DNA of 64,000 nt, from positions 48,174,001 through 48,238,000 of the forward strand of contig OX638150.1 of assembly GCA_951804945.1 (NCBI GenBank). The letters are read 5' to 3'. Source of the DNA: Podarcis cretensis (Eukaryota). Shown piece by piece: positions 1-12,320 of the stretch (position 1 is the stretch's first letter; each line of letters begins with the position of its first letter). The position numbers and the translations under genes are program-made. The notes beneath the pieces were generated by a model, which was not told where the DNA came from, ran no database searches, and saw nothing but the letters and a program-made list of their open reading frames with translations.

Positions 1-497
1 TTGTGCATGCTTCCCCCGGCACAGGGAAATGACAGTGAGGTGAGAGCAGCACACATGGTGACTCTGGCTCCGTTTTCAAACCTAAGAGACAGAAGAATGT
101 GCTGCTGAATATGAGGGAGGCAGGATGTCATGCTCAGTGAGAGGTAAACAGAAGATGCTAGACGCCTTTGCCTTATTCTGCAAGCGCTCTCCTTAAAACT
201 CCTCCGTCTTGCTTTCCAGCTTATTCTGCTCTGCTCTGCCTCTCTCTTTCTCTCCCCCATTGTTCTCTCTCTTTTTCTTGTCTTTGATGCACATACGTTG
301 TCACATTCCATTGACTCTCCCCTCTTCTCTGTTCTTACACTCACGCCTAGTGGTGCTTTAAGCCAGAGCTAGCAGCCTCTCGGGCGAGTTTTAGTCATGT
401 GTGAAGCTCAGTTTGATCGAGCGCTCCTTTTCTGCCTTTTCACTCTTGCAAAAGATTAATAGGTGGCGTCACATTGCTCCCCTGCTCCTTCCCGCAG
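1..497 (+). promoter_or_regulatory. Probable promoter/5' region of a large gene, possibly including an upstream non-coding exon and short intron
   Basis: TE-free, with more CpG than the rest of the window. Long CT-rich tract ~205-335, CRE-like TGGCGTCA at 464-471, possible donor GAG|GTAAAC at 143/144, and it sits directly upstream of a strong splice donor. The gene cannot be identified from the window. Confidence 0.45.
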
Positions 498-655
498 GAG
501 GGACTTAAAAAGGACAACAAAAACTAATCACTTTCGATAAGAATTTTCTCGGAAAAAGGGACTTAGCCGTGCAATCTGCGATCGGTGCCAAGGACTGGGA
601 AGGCTAGAGATGCTTCATACTGCTAACAAGGGAAGGAAGGCTTCCACCGAGGCAG
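498..655 (+). other. Probable non-coding (5' UTR) exon; the 5' boundary may lie further upstream if this is a first exon
   Basis: Polypyrimidine acceptor ccctgctccttcccgcAG ends at 497; near-consensus donor CAG|GTAAGA at 655/656; no supported ORF. Confidence 0.55.
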
Positions 656-3600
656 GTAAGAAGTGCCTGCCTGCATCGGAGGGTTTGGTGGAGTCGCTTA
701 ATCCAAGCTGTAGATTTTAATCATTTCGGACCCAAGGAAGGCATCTTTAGTGGCAGGTGGCAAGGATCTTGTGCGGGCTTTCTTTTGTTTGTGATGTTAA
801 GTACCTGTAGTAATGTTGATGAATTGGAGCGTGATACGGATTCAATTGCAAATGGGCTTGTGTGGCAGCTGCATTTGCAAGGAATGCTTTTCTTTGCTTT
901 TTTTAATATTCACTGTGGACAGAACACAAATGCTGCTCTAGTGAAAGGCAGGACTTTGGCAGAAGGTTAAATTCAGTGCTTCAGGAAATCTCAAGGTGCA
1001 ATTCCAGTTCCTCAGCTTGCAACCTTGCAGGTAGAAGGCATTCTGCCGTTTGTAGCACATTTAATCTTTAGTGCTTTCCGGTAGGGATTTGGTCTAACTG
1101 TGCTTGGTCAGTTGAGGCTAGATGGTGGCAATGCTATGTTTGTCCAGCATCGCTGTTAAATGAGGAGAGCCCTTCCAAAGTGTTATGCAGTCCATTGCAT
1201 GCTGTAGACACAAAGCATGTAATAAATAGGCACCAAGAATCATCTTCTGTGAAACGGGTCACCAAACTACCTAAATAGTATCCAGATTTAGTAAGCAAGC
1301 ACCGCATTAGAATAGTAGTTTAATGTCAGCTGTCAAATGGAGTTAACTCTGAAAGTGCTGCCTACAAGTGCACCTGGATTATAATAAAGGACTTCCTGTA
1401 TAACAGCTACACAGAAAGAGGCTAATTATCAGTCAGAAGGTCTGAACTTTGGATTGGTGAATGGGAAATGCAATTATGTACCATACAACAGCCCTGGTTA
1501 GGCCCTTAATGTTTTTTAAAGGGAAGAGCATAGGTAGGATAGAAGGGCTGAAAGTAATATCACAATTAAATTTAACAGCCGCATGGTATTTAATTGCTTT
1601 TTAAAGTTCACAGCTGCCAGGGTGTTTAGCAGTTTGGAAGTCCTTGCTTAAAGTCATTATCTGTATTTTGCAGTGCGTTTGTTTGTGTGTAAAATAGTTT
1701 TTAGTGTAAGACTACTCCCAACTTGATAGACTACTGTATTATTCTATCTGCAGTTGATGCATTCTTTTTCTGCCCCTCCTTTCCCCTAAGGTCTAGATAT
1801 ATTTAACTCCTTAACTAAAAGGAGGAACATTTAAATTCAGTCGAGGTATTGTTAAGATTGGTATCATTTTATTATTGCAATAGAATATACAAAAACTTAC
1901 AGTAGTGCTTTTCCATGATAGAAAGATAATTTGAATGTAGACAATAGTATGGAAACAAGAATAATGAAAAATAGTATTGTAAACAAAATCTATGACAGCC
2001 GTCTGTTCTCATATACTTGAAAATGCATTTTTCTTTGCAAGATATGTAAAAGTGAGCCACAGTGCCTCTGTTAATAGAATGAACCCCCAGGGAGTATGGT
2101 TCCTCATCAGTGTATAGAAACGTAGGTGTTCACTCCCATTGCATGGTAGCTTTTTGTATGAAACCTGCCATTTAAAACAAACAAATGAAGAAGTGCAATA
2201 TAGAACTGGTAGAACATGAAAAATCAAATTCATTGCCAAATAAAAAAAGTTGTATGTAGCTTATTGCAGTTTAAACCTCTGGAAGGTATGCGATGCAGCA
2301 GTACCTGTTTTAATTTTTTTAAAAAGCTCATATGATAAAAGCCAGTTCAGTTTTGCTTCTGTGTATCCTTGTGTCAGATGAAACGCAGCTAAATAATAAT
2401 GGGTATGATTTTGAATATCAATTGTGGAAGAAATTCAAAGAATCTGAGATTCTGTTATGCAGAACCAAGTCTTTAAAAATGTTTTATACTGTAATGATAG
2501 TTAATAAAACAAAAGCTAACCTGCAATAAGTACCGGTAATGCATATTCCATACCACTCAAAAGATAAATGTGGAAGGCTAATACTTCTAACATTGGTACT
2601 TTAAGCCAAATGGCAATAGTAAAGCCTCTGTTTCCAAACCAAATTTCAATTCATTCATTGCTCTCTCCTCCCCCACCCTTTTTGGCAGATGCTAACTTGC
2701 TTCTTCTAAACATTAACAGTGTGATTAATATGAATTGAAGCATTTTACAGATAATCCAGTAGATGCTGCTGTAGAGCAAAGGAAACATCATTTTATTTGT
2801 TGGGGGAGAAAGGAAGAGAGAGCAGTGCAATGGGAATATAAAAGCTCAAGAAAAAATCTTAAACATTGCTGATACTGCGTATGCAGGCTGCTGATTGAAG
2901 AGTAATGTGAGATCATTACATTTTCATACCATTCTATAGGGTGTTATTAAAACTGCAGCCACACTTACTGGCATTATCACAGTTCTGCTAGGCACATAGC
3001 ACGTCTGCTATTTTAAATTGTAAAATCAGTTTACTGTACATTACTATGCAGAACATTTCATCACTGAATACTAAAGCCCTTTAACATGCAAATTTTCTAA
3101 GGGGAAGAGCTGAAATGGCGCACTCTTAAAAGAATAATGCCCAGATTCATTATAAAAATGTGCACTGGTTGCCAATGCCAAGTAAAATATTAAGAAATTA
3201 AAAACCTGCAGCCCTTAAATTAATAGAAATGAAATGCACTGACAGTTGTCTTCCTGGTGAATAGTCGGTGCTTAACAGAGTAATCTGTAAAAGAATCAGA
3301 AAGCGTAAATTGCTGATTGGAAAAGATCCATATCCATGAGTATTAAAAATCACACTATAATATTGTCAGTGGAGTAAGAAACACGAAAGCTGGATTTCCT
3401 AGTGAAAAAAGAGTAATGCAAGTAGACAGAGAGGAAATTTGTGTATTGCATACTGTAGTGCCCTATAGTGCAACTCCTTCTTGTACTAGTAATCAGTAAT
3501 AACATGACAAAGCAAACCCAGAGAGTTTTGCTATACAGCCACTTACTGATGCAATTTCAGGCAACCACTGACCTCTATCTGTGGGAATATTTATTTTTGG

Positions 3601-4300
3601 CAATGATCACCAAACCATCAGGTTTAAAATAGTGAGGGATTATTTTAAATATAGAACAGTTGCAGGATCCTTGCAGTATAACAATAGTTGCTTTTCTAAG
3701 ACACACTTTGTGATTCCTGGCTCTGTGTAGTTAACAGCTTTCAAAAACTTATTGGATTCAAGTACTTGGCTTAATAAGTTGTTGAATCACACATACCATC
3801 TTCTTGATTGTGCATATATACTCAGGCCTTTATTATTCTATTATACCAGATTTAAAATTAATATTGAAATTATTTTGTAAGTCTTATTTTAATGTGTGCA
3901 CATTGTAGATGTGTTTATTACAAACATTAAGATTGTTTAGCATATAGGTTTTTATATTAGCTCTACGAGATCTTCTAATAACTCTGGATCTTCATATACA
4001 TAGGAGCCTAGTTTTATTTTTTTTAGCTGTTAATGATTCAACTTATGTATGGACAGTAAGGACATTTGTATTTAGTCTGTGTTTAGGCTGAAGTAGAAGT
4101 TCAGTTTGTTATACAAACATATATAGAGATTCCCTTTTTGTAACTTCAAACACTATAGAATAATGTGGCAAACAGATTTCTTGTATTGGAATAGAAAGTA
4201 CTTTCATGTGCTTCACTTTCAGATCATTTTTGTTACTTCAAAATCATAATGTTATTTTCTTCTGCCCGACATTTAATTAAATTAGGGTAAAAGTTAGAAT

Positions 4301-4347
4301 CTGTCAAGACTGGCCCGTACGGGCAGGGGTACCTTTACCTTTACCTT
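4301..4347 (+). mobile_element. Extremely 5'-truncated Sauria SINE (3' 47 bp only)
   Basis: Identical to the 3' end of the copies at 36191 and 46417, including the (ACCTTT)n tail. 13-bp TSD TAAAAGTTAGAAT at 4288-4300 and 4348-4360. Confidence 0.92.
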
Positions 4348-7300
4348 TAAAAGTTAGAATTCTTTTTCAATTATTGACATGAAATCCTGAATTTTTATTT
4401 TTTTATTTGCACACTTAATGTTCTCATAAAATAAAGGGAATAAAATCAAGGCCTGGAAATAGTTATATTTTGACCTGTTATATAAAAAATAAAATATCAG
4501 GAATTATATATCTATAATATAGCTGTTACTTTCTGTCATTCATGTTAATGCACAGTACTGAGTGTAAATTTTATATGTGGCATAGATGAACTGGAATCTA
4601 TGTACATAATGTCCTGATACTGCTCTGTACCCACTCGTACAAGTGGGGGTTTCCCATAGATTGTACTGTATGATTTTTAATGTGTGCATGTATACAGGTC
4701 TGGTGCTTATATTTTAATGCCTTCAGAAGAATGCTGCTCATATCACACACACTGAACACAATGGCTTTTAAAAGTGAAGATTTATAAAGCAACTCTTCAA
4801 GGATTTTTTATCCTTAAAAGTTTGATATAAGCTTTTAAAGCTTTTATTGAAAAGCTTGATAATCTGAGGAATGTCTGTGTGTTTGCGAAGGGTTTGGACA
4901 TCCAAATGTGGTGTTGTTTAAGGGTTTTAAGATTCAATTAATATTTTCAATTTGTACTACTCTCACTAAAACTTCTGTATGCATCTCACCGCTTTTTATA
5001 GGACATGTAAAATTTACATCATGCATTACAGTGCTCAGTATGATGTAAAATGCTGTAACAACCTGATGCAAAGTGAAGTATTATGAAACCCAGAACTAAT
5101 GGATGTCAGCCTTATACAATATCTGCACCTGTTATTTTAACCTCGAAAAATCCTATGAATGATTTTTGTTTTCTCATGTTGTACTGGTGTTTTTATCAGC
5201 GCTGAACAATGCATTGGTAAGATTGCAGAGCATTGCAGTGGAAATTTATTGATGAGACTTGCTAGTGTTCAGAATTTGCACTCATATCATTTGCATCAAC
5301 AGAAATTATCTGTAATGCATTTTAATCGAAAAATTCCATCTATATAATTTGTCATATATAAAGACATACCATATGTATGTGGGAACACAGGGGTAGAAAT
5401 ATAGTCTGTTGTTTAGTAAAAGGGTAGAAATATAATCTGACCTACATTCCCAAATATTTATAGGTATCAAACTTCACTTGGATGAGATTTTCTTATGGGC
5501 ATGCCATCAAATCTCTTACTCGATGTATCTTACCGTTTTCTTAGGTCAGTAACTGATATCACACTGGGATGGTCTTTCCGCAGATACCATCAAAGCATCA
5601 GCTAGTATCTTACCATGTCCAAAAAGCACTGACACCCACTTGTTATATATCACACATGCATTCATTTTATTCAGAGAATATTTCATACTTTGTAATGATA
5701 TTTAATACAATATAAGAATACTTTAATTCTTAATAGTGTGAAACATAATTTGAATTGTGAATAAAGTAAAATAACTTTCTAAACAATTCAACAATATACT
5801 GCTTAGCTCCCACTTTGGAAAATGTAAGATATGCTGAACTCACATGCTTCTCATAATAGTCTCACATTGCTGCCAATATAGAAAAGAAATAAGTGTTGGC
5901 TTGCCTAAGTGTATTTAGGAAACAATAAAATGTGTGTGTATTACTTCACATTTATAGTGTGTAAATGTATGCTTAGATCCTTTTGCTCTAGCATTTATGA
6001 TTATACACAAATGTGTGCATATCTATATCTATATATATTTATATAATCACACAGTCTCTAGAGGTCAGTAGAATGTAAGGAATGGGCAGTTTTTCTGCTT
6101 TTTCAGTGAGGCCTGGAGAGTCCATAGACTAGTTCTCTTCATCTTAGAAATAATAAATATACTGTAATTATTTTTAAAAATGAAGTTAAGAATGACCATA
6201 GTGAAATAGAATAATATCTGTTCATGTTACAGAAATAAATTTAATCTATTTGTTTTAGGGATGTGCCTGATAAATGTTCATATTTGTAGACAGAATTTTA
6301 CAGAAACATAGATTCTTATAATTTATAGTTAAGTATCTTGCTATTTTTTACACTTTTCTTCTTAGTTGGCTTTTAGAATTAATTGGGTTAAATTGTTGGG
6401 ATATCAGGTTTTGGATAACAGAAGTTGAGAAAGATCTTTTTAGTATTTAGAAAGCCTACCCATAGAGTATGTAGGAAATGTCACTACTGAATTGATTTCT
6501 TATTTGCTTTATTTCTTGGGCACAGTGGGCATGCAATTGTATCATTATCTATTTTATGCTACAACAGCCCTTTGTGATAGGTTGAGCTGACTTAACAAAG
6601 GGCTTCAATGGCTGAGCAGGGTTTTGACCTGGAGTTTGCCACATCCTTGTGTAATAAATGGGGGTGAGTTTGCTCAACTCGCTTGACATGTGGGGAAAAT
6701 AGTTTTGTAGAATAACATGGTAAAACCTCATTTCATGGACATGCTTTTGAGACGGCAAAGCACACATTTAGAAAAGTAATCAGATTCAGAATTTCTGTAG
6801 TGATATTCTGAGTAGTGCAGGGAAGGCATCATTCTTTCTTAGCTCTACGATCCAGATTCTTGGGTTGTTGGACATCGATGATAGCATTGTGTCATCAGAA
6901 CCAGGGCAAGTAAGTATGATATAAATCTGTTGTCTCCCAAATAGAATGGTGCCAAACATGATGAACCTGGAAAAAATAAAGTAGATATATATTAAAGACA
7001 ATATTTTTTAAATCAACATGTAATTAAAACTGGTTGAAAGCTCTTCTTAATTAAAAGTTATGTTATAATTGTAGTTGCCACCTTCTATTTCCCAAAGCCC
7101 TTTCTAAAATAAAAATGTAATGGGTTCAATTCTTAGTTCTCAACTATATTAGCAGTATCTTTGAAACTGGCTATTACAGACAGAAAATGCTGCATTTACT
7201 GCTCAGTGGAATAAAGTGGCAAGAACTCACTAATGTTGGAAGAGTTGTGATTAGCACTTTACATGATATGACCCTTATTGTTCTGTAAACAGATAATCAA

Positions 7301-7771
7301 TAGAATACACTTCTGTTAAACCTGCCAATATCTAAATCAACGAGGCAGGCCATTTTAGCAGTAGCATCTACATCAATTAATCTACAAAAGTCCTATAATT
7401 GTAGTATGTCATCTCTTGAGGAAATAGAGGGAGTTGCATGCCTTTTAAAAAAATTAATAGAACAATGTAAAAAGGTAATGAGATGATCATTTAAGCAATA
7501 TGAAGGATATATATGTGCAGTTTTCTTTCTCAGCTCCTCGTGTCCTTGATGTCAAGTTTGGCAGCCATGACATTTCACTGTGGGCGGCCTTGTTTTTTTC
7601 ATTTTCATATATCTTTTCAGTTAACAAATTACCTTATGTTAAGCATTTTAAGTTATCTGTTTTAACAGTTTATGCTTATCTAACCATGTTGAGAAAAGTT
7701 TACAGCAAATTTGCCAAATATGCCTCACAAACAGCTGAATGGTCTCGTTTCGTGTCATATTTTATTACGTA

Positions 7772-7982
7772 CAGTGGTACCTTGGCTGTTGAACTTAATC
7801 TGTTCTGGGAGTCCGTTAGACTCCCAGAGCCATTTGAAAACCAAGGCGCGGCTTCCAATTGGCTGCAGGAGCTTCCTGCAGACAAGTGGAAGCCACGTCG
7901 GAAGTTTGGTTTCCAAAAAATGTTTGCAAACCATGTTTGAGGCGTTCGAGAGCCGATTTGTTTGGAAGCCAAGCCGTTCGAG
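7772..7982 (+). mobile_element. Tc1/mariner (Tigger/pogo-like) MITE, family B, lacking its right TIR
   Basis: Starts TA-CAGTGGTACCTTGG and aligns along its length with the complete copy at 39533-39783; right TIR not found. Confidence 0.8.
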
Positions 7983-8740
7983 CAGTTGTGTTTGGGAGAC
8001 TATTTTGTTGATCAGACGCACATATCAAGGATGCCAGTGCTTCTGCTCCTAATTTCCATAGGATCCTTTAAATGAACAATTCACTGCAATGTTTGAACAT
8101 GACATTATATATTATTGAACTAATTTGAGAGCAAAGAGTTCTGAGGACCATGAGAGGTAGGAGTCAGGACCTTATGATAATGACATAACTATCTTATGAA
8201 TTGAAATATTAATCTGGGAAGGGAAAACATGGATAGCCTTTCTTGCTTTATGCTGCAGCCAGGAAACCACAACATATAGAGTTGCATCTGTACTTGGACA
8301 TGTTTAGAGTAGATCCACTGGAATTAATGGGACTTGCTAGCCACGATCAGTTTCAGAAGGTGTAGTGGAGCTGTACCATTCGCCTTCTCTCTGTATGCTT
8401 TGCTGCTGCCTACGGAGAAAACAGGGACAGGGTGAAATGGCAGTGAGGGTGGAGCCAGTCCAAAGCTCCTGCCAGTACATTTGTGCTGTGCTGACTTCAC
8501 CACCTACTTCTGCTTCCTCAGTCCCACTATGCAGCAGCAACACAAATAGATGAAGGGCAGGTGAGAAGTCTGGATATAAGCCATCGATTATATGTATTTA
8601 TTTTCTGCTTTTTGTTTCTTTCTGTATTATTTTATTCTGGTTTTACACTTTGCTTTTAACGTCATATAAAAATGAAAAAGTTTAATAAAGATTAAACATT
8701 AGGCAAAAAACAGATGACATCATTTGTCTTGAAATTATAA

Positions 8741-8784
8741 TAGTAGTAGTAGTAGTAGTAATAGTAGTAGTAGTAGTAGTAGTA
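8741..8784. repeat. (TAG)n microsatellite with one TAA interruption
   Basis: Read directly from the sequence. Confidence 0.97.
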
Positions 8785-9047
8785 AAAATCATCAGCACGT
8801 GTTGAATAATATCTCCTTTGCAGAAACCGTGGTATCTTTCTTAGTCAAAGTACCCTGAAATGACAGTAATAAGCAATGTCACAGCAAATAATAAATTATT
8901 TCATCCCATTATCCCCCTGTGCATACACTATGAAAAGCAGACTCAGAAAGCTCAGGTTAGGTTTGCTATCTTGACTATGGATGAGGATTAGTTAACATTA
9001 AATTGGTAATTATTGGACTTCTGAAGAAGGATGCAACATCTTCAGCA

Positions 9048-9235
9048 NNNNNNNNNNNNNNNNNNNNNNNNNNNNNNNNNNNNNNNNNNNNNNNNNNNNN
9101 NNNNNNNNNNNNNNNNNNNNNNNNNNNNNNNNNNNNNNNNNNNNNNNNNNNNNNNNNNNNNNNNNNNNNNNNNNNNNNNNNNNNNNNNNNNNNNNNNNNN
9201 NNNNNNNNNNNNNNNNNNNNNNNNNNNNNNNNNNN
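9048..9235. other. Assembly gap (188 N)
   Basis: Run of n. Confidence 1.
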
Positions 9236-9980
9236 ATCACTCTGTGTGGTTTCATTAGCTTTCTTTTTATTATTTTTTAATGCCAAGAGACTTTCTTCAA
9301 GCACCTCCAGAAAGAAACCTCATGCTTTCCTAACTTATCTATACTTTGTAAACAGAATAGAAATGAATAAGTTGGTATGTCAACACTTTACAAAATAGGC
9401 TGCAGCTTAGAAGTGTTTTAAATTACTGTCATTATGCCAAGAACAGTACTGAAACACTACTTCAGTCAAGACCATTATATTATTATTATTCATTTAGATT
9501 GTACTGGAACCCACCCTGTTCCAAAACAGTTTTAAATTCATAAGAACCAGAGAAGTTAAATTGTGTATTTGGTTACTTGGTATATTTTACATGTATTGTA
9601 GTATGATATTTATCAAAGTGTCATCAAGCTGTCGCCAAGCTTGTTGTTTTCAGTAGTGTTCTCAGATCCTTCTTTCAAGAAAGTACCTGATAAATTGAAG
9701 ACAACAGTCATTCAGGGTTGATGTCTCCTTTGTTTGTTTGGGTTGAATGTGGATTGTTGCAACTATATGGAGATGCATATAATACTGTTGTGAATTTTGC
9801 ATGGTTTGCTCGACAGCTGTGGGCTAGATGTCCACAAAGTCCTCCTTTTAATGTTAAGAGTTTCATGATTGATAGTTTCAAGCTGTCATTGTTAGATCAG
9901 TTATAAGAAAAGGGTCCCAGTGTAGATTTTGCAAAAGATCATACCTGATGCTATGTGCATGTTTATCAAACTGTGTAGAC

Positions 9981-10170
9981 CAGAGGTTGTCAGCCTGGTT
10001 CCTACCACCCACTAGTGGGCATTTCAGGATTCTAGGTGGGCGGTAGGGGGTTCTACGGCACAAGCTGAATCCTCCTTCCATCGAGCACTGGTGGGCAGTA
10101 AAGAAATTTTACCATCAAGAAAGATGCATTAGTGGGCGGTAGGTATAAAAAGTTTGACTACCTTACCCTG
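9981..10170. mobile_element. Non-autonomous hAT (Charlie-like) MITE
   Basis: Termini CAGAGGTTGTCAG and TTGACTACC(TTACC)CTG; 8-bp TSD GTGTAGAC (9973-9980) / GTGTAGAA (10171-10178); repeated subterminal GTGGGCGGTAG motifs. Confidence 0.88.
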
Positions 10171-10810
10171 GTGTAGAAATTGTAAAAATAATAAACTTGT
10201 TGGTTTTAGATAACTAGTATTTCTCGAAGCAATTCAGTGCCCACCCCATGAAGAATTACTTGACTTAGTGAACATGCCCTGTGCTAGGTTGTTGTTGTTG
10301 TTTTTTAAAGTACCGTGGATAAAGCTCATACTTTTTCTGAAATATGATATTAGGCAAAAGTTTGGGGGTCTCATGCATTACATTGTAAATTGTAAGGCCA
10401 GCTGAGCACTCATCTATGATTAAAGGAAATAGTGTGCCAAAGCAATAAAATTATCAAGCGAAAGAAAGAAGGAAGTAGCATAAGATTAGTGTTTAAATGT
10501 CTAGTGATTGATACATCCAGCACATGATCTCCAGCTGTTCTCATGGAAGGAAATAGCTCCACATTTTACATAGAAGAAAATGCACAATATACAGTTAGAT
10601 AAAATACTACATAGCAAACTTGAGTAAAATCTTTTAAACCCCTGAACTATCACCAGTTCTAAACTAATACATTGTTAGCCAGCATTTATTTGCTCTGTGT
10701 TGAAACTATATAGTCAGTGAAGCTTGCATTTCCAGCACAAGAAAGTGATGGGTGAACACACCAATTCTTTACTTTTCCCAGTTGATCCTTATTTTTATTG
10801 TCTACAGATT

Positions 10811-10972
10811 GGGGGGCGGGTAGAACCCATGTCTTGCATGCAAAAGGTCCCAAATTCAATTCCCAGCATCTACTGGTAGAATTGTGAAAAGTCACACATC
10901 TGAAACCCTGGTAAGCCACGGCTGATTCATGTTTATAATACTGAGCTAGGTAGCCCAACTTCTTATGTTCTA
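10811..10972 (+). mobile_element. Diverged tRNA-derived SINE (Squam3-like)
   Basis: Degenerate tRNA head ttgcatgcaaaaggtcccaaattcaattccc, body ctgaaaccctgg...aatactgagctag and tail cttcttatgttcta. Shares its body with 51119-51243. Confidence 0.75.
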
Positions 10973-12228
10973 GGATAGTGATGGGGAGAGCCGAATTCAT
11001 CAGTGTTCGTAACTGTTTAGATTGAATGCAGATCATATTTTCAACATGTTTTACATGTCTTTGAAAATTGGAAGTTTTCATGGATAGTGACATGGTTCTA
11101 TTATTCAAAAAAGATGACCTTAGGACAGAAATAGGTGTAGTTATACTTAAGATACAATTCTTATAAAGTATGAAGACCTCAACTTTTTCTATTTTATTTT
11201 CTGTGTGTATAAATTTAGAGAAAAAGAATGGTATCGTTTCCTGAAACCCACCTTTCTTACATTGCCATTGGCTTTTGATGATTTGTGCCAAATACCGGAA
11301 GCATAAGTTGCACTACTATATTTGTGACTATCAAGAATGTCAAAAGTGGTGACTCACACACTGAAAGCACAAGCAAAAGGTATAGACAAGTCCCACTTCA
11401 AGTGTTAATAATATACACTAACACAAGAAATTAAACTTTCTCCTATTATTAACATCCAAATAGCCTCTCAGTCATACTTTTTTCTTCTTTCACTCACACT
11501 TCAAAAATAAAGTGAGGGGATCTGTGTGAAATAAGATGAGGAAGCGTATAGGTTTATAGAGTAAAGAGCATAATCAGTCAGAAAATGTGCTCAGTAAAGA
11601 CTGGGAAAAGAGATAGCCAAGAAGAGAAGAAATTATACTGAGAGAAACTCATTCATACAATTTTGAATTTACTACTTTCCATGTAGAAAACAGTTCCAGG
11701 GATTATAGGAAGTAGCAGGGTACGTAGAAGAAAAAAGAGGTAGGGAGAGTAAACGCTGATGGCTAAATGGAACTTCTTTGTTCGGAATCTTCTGATCACT
11801 AGATGATGGGGACAGATCACTCATGAGATCTCGCAGGAGCTTCCCCAAAGGTCTCATGCAACCTTCCAAGGTGTTTCAGCAGCAGGGAAACTTGGAGTAG
11901 AAAGAGGTTTTAAGGTCCCGTCCCCCCCATTTTGCAGGCTCTGGGAAAGTTGCATGAGGGCTCCCCACAAGATCTCAGGTAGCCCTTCTGCGTCATGCCC
12001 CACCCCACTCTACCACCCCTTTTTATTTTTTATATTTTCTGCTATCTGCATAAAGCTGTGATTGCATATGTAAAATCAATGTAAGATGAGCTCTGCCTGT
12101 ACTTCTAATCATACATGAAGCAGAACCAGGGAGTTACAGATAGGTAGCCGTGTTGGTCTGCCATAGTCAAAACAAAATAAAAAAATTCCTTCCAGTAGCA
12201 CCTTAAAGACCAACTAAGTTAGTTCTTG

Positions 12229-12266
12229 GTATGAGCTTTCGTGTGCATGCACACTTCTTCAGATAC
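12229..12266 (-). ncRNA. Minimal type I hammerhead ribozyme motif (mirror copy)
   Basis: Exact reverse complement of 12283-12320. Confidence 0.8.
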
Positions 12267-12282
12267 ACACTGTATCTGAAGT

Positions 12283-12320
12283 GTATCTGAAGAAGTGTGC
12301 ATGCACACGAAAGCTCATAC
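12283..12320 (+). ncRNA. Minimal type I hammerhead ribozyme motif
   Basis: Helix I GTAT (12283-86) pairs with ATAC (12317-20); core CTGAAGA (12287-93) plus one extra A; helix II GTGTGC-AT-GCACAC (12295-12308); GAAA (12309-12); palindromic AGCT in place of helix III; predicted cleavage after C12316. Confidence 0.8.

Noticed and set aside
1-660. Assigning a gene symbol (a weak impression of a neuroligin-1-like 5' UTR)
   Set aside because: No coding sequence in the window and the recollection cannot be verified; BLASTN is needed.
7500-8052. Cluster of overlapping ORFs on both strands
   Set aside because: Explained by the stop-poor MITE at 7772-7982; similar peptides recur at the 39533 copy.
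9021-9045. CTGAAGA followed by a small stem, resembling a hammerhead start
   Set aside because: No GAAA or NUH follows; it is only a short hairpin next to the gap.
8975-9398. ORFs containing X runs
   Set aside because: Artefacts of translating the N gap.
10686-11291. Longest ORF (201 aa, minus strand)
   Set aside because: Non-ATG start, runs antisense through a Squam3-like SINE and AT-rich DNA, no recognisable domain or splice structure.
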